This document shows, in pieces, positions 59,419-64,000 of a stretch of DNA of 64,000 bases. Source of the stretch: Mycobacterium sp. GTDB lineage: Bacteria; Actinomycetota; Actinomycetes; Mycobacteriales; Mycobacteriaceae. Numbering within the stretch: position 1 is the first letter of the stretch; every line of letters begins with the position of its first letter. The notes beneath the pieces are model-generated. The model was not told where the DNA came from. It did not search any database and worked only from the letters and a program-made list of their open reading frames with translations. Location: NCBI GenBank assembly GCA_040398865.1, contig JBBATG010000001.1, forward strand, positions 12,201 to 76,200. The letters are read 5' to 3'. Made by a program: the position numbers and the translations under genes.

Positions 59419-60870
59419 TCACTCTCGCGGGTCGGCGGGCGGGCCGACCCGGTAGATCGACTTGAGGCTGAAGAACTCATCGAGGCCCTCCGGTCCGAGT
59501 TCGCGGCCGATGCCGCTGGCCTTGACTCCGCCGAACGGCGCGTTGATGTCCAGTTGGTAGTCGTTGACGCCGACTGTCCCCGTCCGTATCTCGCGGGCGA
59601 CCTCGGTGGCTCGCTCGACGTCGGCCGACCAGACGGTGCCGGCCAGGCCGAACTCGCTGTCGTTGGCGAGGTCGATCGCGTGGCGATCATCGTCGTAGGC
59701 GATGACGGCGAGAACCGGGCCGAAGATCTCTTCCTGGGCGATGCGGTCGGCATTGTCGACGTCGGCGAAGACGGTGGGTGCGACGAACCAGCCATGCTGC
59801 TGATTGCGCGGAATCCCGCCGCCGGTCACCAGACGGGCGCCACTGCTCCTGCCGGCCTCGATGTAGCCGAGCACACGTTCACGCTGCCGTTCGGTCACCA
59901 CCGGGCCGATATCGGTCTCGCTGTCCAGTGGGTTCCCCACGTTCAAACCCTTGACCAGGTCGGCCAGCGCCTCGATCACTTCGGCGTACCGGGACCGCGG
60001 GGCCAGGATGCGTGAGCCGAGGAAGCAGGTTTGGCCGTTGTTGATGAACGAGACGTTGCGCAGGCCCGCCATGGTGAGGGCTAGGTCGGCATCATCGAGG
60101 ATGATCGCCGCCGACTTCCCTCCGAGTTCGAGGGTGACCGGCCGCAGTAGCCTGCCGCACGTCTCGCCGATGATGCGGCCGACCGCTGTCGACCCGGTGA
60201 AGCTCACCTTGTCCACACCGGGATGCGAGACAAGGTGAGCGCCCGCCTCGACGCCGCCGGGCACCACATTGAGGACGCCGTGCGGCAGTCCGGCTTCCTT
60301 GGCGGCTTCAGCGAAAACCATTGCGTCCAGTGCGGTTTCCGGTGAGGCCTTGAGCACCACCGTGCAGCCGGCAGCGAGCGCTGGTGCAAGTTTGAATGCG
60401 GCCAGCGCCTGGGGGTAATTCCACGGGACGATCGCCGCCACCACTCCTACTGCCTCCCGGCGCACGATGGTGTGCCCGGTCGGACTGGGACGGACCTCCT
60501 CAATTGGAGTGGCGGTGATGAGTTTGGCGTAATAGCCGAGCAACGCGGCCGGGAACAGTCCGTTGGCACCGCCGGATAACGACATCGGCATACCGTTTTC
60601 GCGACTGACCAGTTCGCTGGTCGACGCAGCACGTTGATGCAGTGCACCAGCGAACGCCTTGAGGACTCCTGCGCGGTGGTCCGGGGAGGCGCCACTCCAG
60701 TCCGGCAGTGCGGCGCGCGCCGCCGCCACCGCGGCGTCGATATCGGTCTCAGTGGCGCTGGCGCCGTCGCCGAGCAACTCACCGGTTGCGGCTTCGAGCA
60801 CGGGCTGCGACTTGGCGGCAGCGCGGAACTCACCGCCGATGAACAGTCGTGGACTCGCGGTGGCGGTCAT
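59419..60870 (-). CDS. Aldehyde dehydrogenase
   Basis: IVPWNYP, SFTGST, LELGGKS, NGQTC, EEIFGP, FGGVKASG. Confidence 0.95.
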   Translation of the reverse strand: MTATASPRLFIGGEFRAAAKSQPVLEAATGELLGDGASATETDIDAAVAAARAALPDWSGASPDHRAGVLKAFAGALHQRAASTSELVSRENGMPMSLSGGANGLFPAALLGYYAKLITATPIEEVRPSPTGHTIVRREAVGVVAAIVPWNYPQALAAFKLAPALAAGCTVVLKASPETALDAMVFAEAAKEAGLPHGVLNVVPGGVEAGAHLVSHPGVDKVSFTGSTAVGRIIGETCGRLLRPVTLELGGKSAAIILDDADLALTMAGLRNVSFINNGQTCFLGSRILAPRSRYAEVIEALADLVKGLNVGNPLDSETDIGPVVTERQRERVLGYIEAGRSSGARLVTGGGIPRNQQHGWFVAPTVFADVDNADRIAQEEIFGPVLAVIAYDDDRHAIDLANDSEFGLAGTVWSADVERATEVAREIRTGTVGVNDYQLDINAPFGGVKASGIGRELGPEGLDEFFSLKSIYRVGPPADPRE

Positions 60871-63224
60871 GGTTGAACTCCTTCCCGTTGGGCGTGCGCG
60901 AACAGGACGCCGGCGTCGATCAGGCGCTCGGTGTCCGTGTCGCCGAGGCCGAGGATGTCGCGGCAGACCCGCCGGGTGTCCGCCCCGGGCAGCGGGGCCG
61001 GCCGCAGCGGTGCGGGCGCAATGTTGCGGAACCCGGCGGGTCCCGATTCGCTGGGCAGCGTCACTTCGAAGTCCGGGTGCGCCATCTCGGTGAACACGTG
61101 GCGGCACCGCAGTTGCGGATCATTGAGCACGTCGTCGGCGCGTTGCATCGGTCCTGCGGCCACGCCGGCGGCCTGTAGTCGCTGCGCCACCTCCGTCGGA
61201 GTGTGGCCGGCGGCCCACTCGGTGAGTCCGATGTCGCCGACGATCCCGGCGAGCGCGCGGCGGTCCCGATCGGAACGCACCGACACCACACACCACTCGT
61301 CGTCGCCGGCGCATGCCACCAGGTGGTGTTCGATGTCGCCCTCCCCTACGTCGGCGGCACGCGCCTCAGCGGCGAGAACGACGTAGCGGGTGTCGAGTTG
61401 ATTGACACCGGCCTCCGCCTGGGAGACGTGCACGTGTGCGCCCACCCCGCAGCGCAGACGTCGGATCAGGGCGGCCAGCGCGCCGATGGCGGTGATACGC
61501 CCGACTACGTGGTCGGGGAACACCGTCGTCGCGTCGTAGAACGAGTGCCGGGCACCGGTGTCGGTGTGCTGCGCCGAAGTCCACAGACTGGTGACCCCGG
61601 TGGTGGCTCGCACCAGCGGGCCGTAACCCATGCGGGTGCTCCACGGTCCGCTGTCGCCGAACGCGCTGCTCTCGGCGAGTACGAGATGCGGATTGATCTG
61701 GCGCAGCCGATCGTAGGAGAAGCCAAGCGCGGCAAGTGTTCCCGGTTTGAAGTTGGCGAAGACGGCATCGGAGGCCGCCACCAGGCGCTCGAAGATGTCA
61801 GCGCCGTGCTCGGTGCGCAACTCCAGGCCCAACCCGAGATTGTTGCGGTGAGCCCGGGCGAAGGCTTCGCTGATCGCCTGGCCCTCGCGCTTCTGGCGCA
61901 GTCCGTCGGGGTAGGCGTGGCTCTCCACTTTGATGACCTCGGCCCCGAGGTCGCCGAACAGCCGGCTCAGTTCGCCGCCGGCGACGATGATCCCCAGATC
62001 GGCGACCCGGACGCCCGTCAGCGGAAGTTCCCCGGCGGCGCTGTTCGGTTCGGGGCGAAACTGCGGGTGCAGCCATCCGGGTTCATCGGAGCCCGGTGCC
62101 GGTGCCGGCGTCCGCCAGCCGGCCCGATGGCCGTCGATGACCCAGTAGCCCACCGGGACCCGGGCCCGCACCCCCGGCGCCAGGTCGGTGTCGGTGAAGG
62201 TTCCGACCTCAGCGAAGTGGTCTGAGTCCAGCGCGGCCGACGGCGGCAGCACCGCGGCGATCGGCACGCCGTGAGCCTGGCCGTCGGCGACGAGCTGTGC
62301 CATCGTCTGATCGGCGAAGAGCGCCGCAATCAGAGCGCCGAGCTCGCCGAACGACTGAACCCGGGCGGCGATGGTGTCGTAGCGGGGATCGCTGAACTGC
62401 TCCGGCTCCCCCAGCCAGGCGCGCATGCCGTGCCACTGCCGCGGCGAGAGCACACAGATCCGCACGTGACCGTCGCGGCATCCGAAGATCGGATACAGGT
62501 CCTGATTCTTGGGCCGTCCCCGCCACCGCTCACCGCGGGTGCGGGCGGTGGCCGCCTGCCCCTGCGTGCCGAACGGCGGGTCGAGGGCAAGGACCACCGC
62601 GTCGAACCGGGCGAAGTCGATGTAATCGCCAGTGCCGCAGCGCAACCGGTTGTAGTACGCCGCCAACAGCGCCCAGGCGGCCTGGGCGGCGGCGGTCGCC
62701 GAGGCGATCCCGTCAGGCGGAAGCACCGGCGTTCCGACTGTCGGGCCCGATCGCGACAGCGCGGTGGACATCGCGTACAGCACCGGATCGGTAGCCGTCC
62801 AGGAGGCCCGCGGGCCGCTCGCCCCGAAGTCGGTCACCGACATCGTGACCAGATGCCCGAACTGGTCGGCGAGCTGCTCGGCTGAGGTGCCGAATGCATG
62901 CGCCAGGCCCGGTCGGCCGCTGTCGACGACGATGTCGGCCTCGCCGGCCAACTCAATCAGCCGGCGCCGGTCGATCTCGCTGCCGGGGTCCAGGATCGTC
63001 GAGCGTTTGTTCGCGTTGTGCAGGGCGAAAGGGATGCTGATGCCGTCCAGGGTGGGTGGCACCGAGCGGGCCGCACTGCCCCCGGGTGGTTCCACTTTGA
63101 GGACGTCCGCACCGAGGTCGGCCAGCAGACGGGTGGCCGCTTCGGCGTCGGAGTCGCACAGGTCGAGCACCCGAAGTGACGCCAACAGCGGCTGCGTAGG
63201 CGAAGCGGCCCCGGCCTTGGACAA
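60867..63224 (-). CDS. Two-domain family III CoA-transferase (CaiB/BaiF; Rv1866-like)
   Basis: Two repeats of RV.DL...LLADLGA.VIKVE; C-terminal PDHVVG; TTG start; ATGA overlap with the ALDH. Confidence 0.9.
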   Translation of the reverse strand: MSKAGAASPTQPLLASLRVLDLCDSDAEAATRLLADLGADVLKVEPPGGSAARSVPPTLDGISIPFALHNANKRSTILDPGSEIDRRRLIELAGEADIVVDSGRPGLAHAFGTSAEQLADQFGHLVTMSVTDFGASGPRASWTATDPVLYAMSTALSRSGPTVGTPVLPPDGIASATAAAQAAWALLAAYYNRLRCGTGDYIDFARFDAVVLALDPPFGTQGQAATARTRGERWRGRPKNQDLYPIFGCRDGHVRICVLSPRQWHGMRAWLGEPEQFSDPRYDTIAARVQSFGELGALIAALFADQTMAQLVADGQAHGVPIAAVLPPSAALDSDHFAEVGTFTDTDLAPGVRARVPVGYWVIDGHRAGWRTPAPAPGSDEPGWLHPQFRPEPNSAAGELPLTGVRVADLGIIVAGGELSRLFGDLGAEVIKVESHAYPDGLRQKREGQAISEAFARAHRNNLGLGLELRTEHGADIFERLVAASDAVFANFKPGTLAALGFSYDRLRQINPHLVLAESSAFGDSGPWSTRMGYGPLVRATTGVTSLWTSAQHTDTGARHSFYDATTVFPDHVVGRITAIGALAALIRRLRCGVGAHVHVSQAEAGVNQLDTRYVVLAAEARAADVGEGDIEHHLVACAGDDEWCVVSVRSDRDRRALAGIVGDIGLTEWAAGHTPTEVAQRLQAAGVAAGPMQRADDVLNDPQLRCRHVFTEMAHPDFEVTLPSESGPAGFRNIAPAPLRPAPLPGADTRRVCRDILGLGDTDTERLIDAGVLFAHAQREGVQP

Positions 63225-63333
63225 GACACGACCCGCCTTTCGTTATTCCCGTTCTGAGAGCCCTGATGTGAGAGCTTAGTGACACTCTCGCGCCGTGAGC
63301 CGGGCCCCGACCACCGGTATGATGAGTGCGGTC

Positions 63334-64000
63334 ATGTCTGATCAGAGCGCGGTGGCCGCGCAGGCCCACCCCGCGCTGGCACAACTGGCGGCTCTGAACC
63401 ATTTCCGGGTCTACGTCGATATCGGCGTGGTCGTGGTGGTGCTGGCGTTCACCAACCTGATCGCCCACTTCAGCACACCGTTGGCGAATATCGCGATCGT
63501 TCCGGTGGCCGCGGCCGTCCTGCTGGTGCTGGTGCGGGCACGGGGCCTGGGTTGGGCCGAGCTGGGCCTGGGCCGCGAGCACTGGCGCTCCGGGGCGCGC
63601 TACGCGCTGGCGGCGGTCGCCCTGGTGGTGACCGTGGTGGCGGTGGGCGCCCTGCTGCCGTGGACCCGTCCGATGTTCCTCAACGACCGCTATGCGACGG
63701 TGTCCGGTGCGCTGATCGCCTCGATGGTGATCATTCCGCTGCAAACCGTCATCCCCGAAGAACTCGCATTCCGCGGTGTCCTGCACGGCGCGCTGGACCG
63801 GGCCTGGGGTTTTCGCGGGGTGGCCGCCGCGGGCTCGCTGCTGTTCGGTCTGTGGCATATCGCGTCGTCTTTCGGGCTGACCAGCGGGAACGTCGGGTTC
63901 AGCCGCATCCTCGGCGGTGGTGTGGCGGGGATGCTGGCCGGGATCGTGCTGGCAGTGCTGGCCACCGCGGCCGCAGGATTCGTCTTCACGTGGCTTCGCC
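63334..64000 (+). CDS. CPBP family intramembrane glutamic endopeptidase (Rv1863c-like), runs off the window
   Basis: Not in ORF track; MSDQSAVAAQAHP...FRVYVDI...PEELAFRG...LFGLWH; TATGAT -10 at 63318. Confidence 0.9.
   Translation, partial: MSDQSAVAAQAHPALAQLAALNHFRVYVDIGVVVVVLAFTNLIAHFSTPLANIAIVPVAAAVLLVLVRARGLGWAELGLGREHWRSGARYALAAVALVVTVVAVGALLPWTRPMFLNDRYATVSGALIASMVIIPLQTVIPEELAFRGVLHGALDRAWGFRGVAAAGSLLFGLWHIASSFGLTSGNVGFSRILGGGVAGMLAGIVLAVLATAAAGFVFTWLR

Overview
High-GC window from a rapidly growing mycobacterium (Mycobacterium/Mycolicibacterium). About 60 protein-coding genes; I saw no rRNA, tRNA, CRISPR array, transposase or integrase. The backbone is recognisably syntenic with M. 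tuberculosis Rv1909c-Rv1863c: furA-katG, Rv1906c, cinA, Rv1894c, Rv1891, Rv1890c, secreted chorismate mutase, Rv1883c, cyp140, Rv1867, Rv1866, Rv1863c. Orthologue calls come from recalled sequences, not a database search. Accessory blocks are interleaved: a DUF1214/two-sulfotransferase/alkyl-sulfatase-like/two-dehydrogenase cluster; a GH2 exo-glucosaminidase-like gene; KstR-box-linked oxidoreductases; CYP125- and CYP124-like P450s; a Beta_propel surface protein; a Cache-HAMP-cyclase plus MscS-cNMP pair; and an antigen 85C-type gene. The best leads are: (1) a GNAT protein whose N-terminal ~75 aa aligns without gaps to the GyrA C-gate dimerisation helices, translationally coupled to cinA; (2) the sulfation/desulfation cluster; (3) several apparent pseudo-enzymes in conserved operons (OSBS-like next to flavin-free MTHFR, dead cyclase next to MscS with a degenerate cNMP cassette, degenerate GGDEF); (4) a 4-Cys secreted miniprotein coupled to dsbE-ccdA. 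A frameshifted, internally deleted DUF1810 gene and two window-edge genes are missing from the ORF track.
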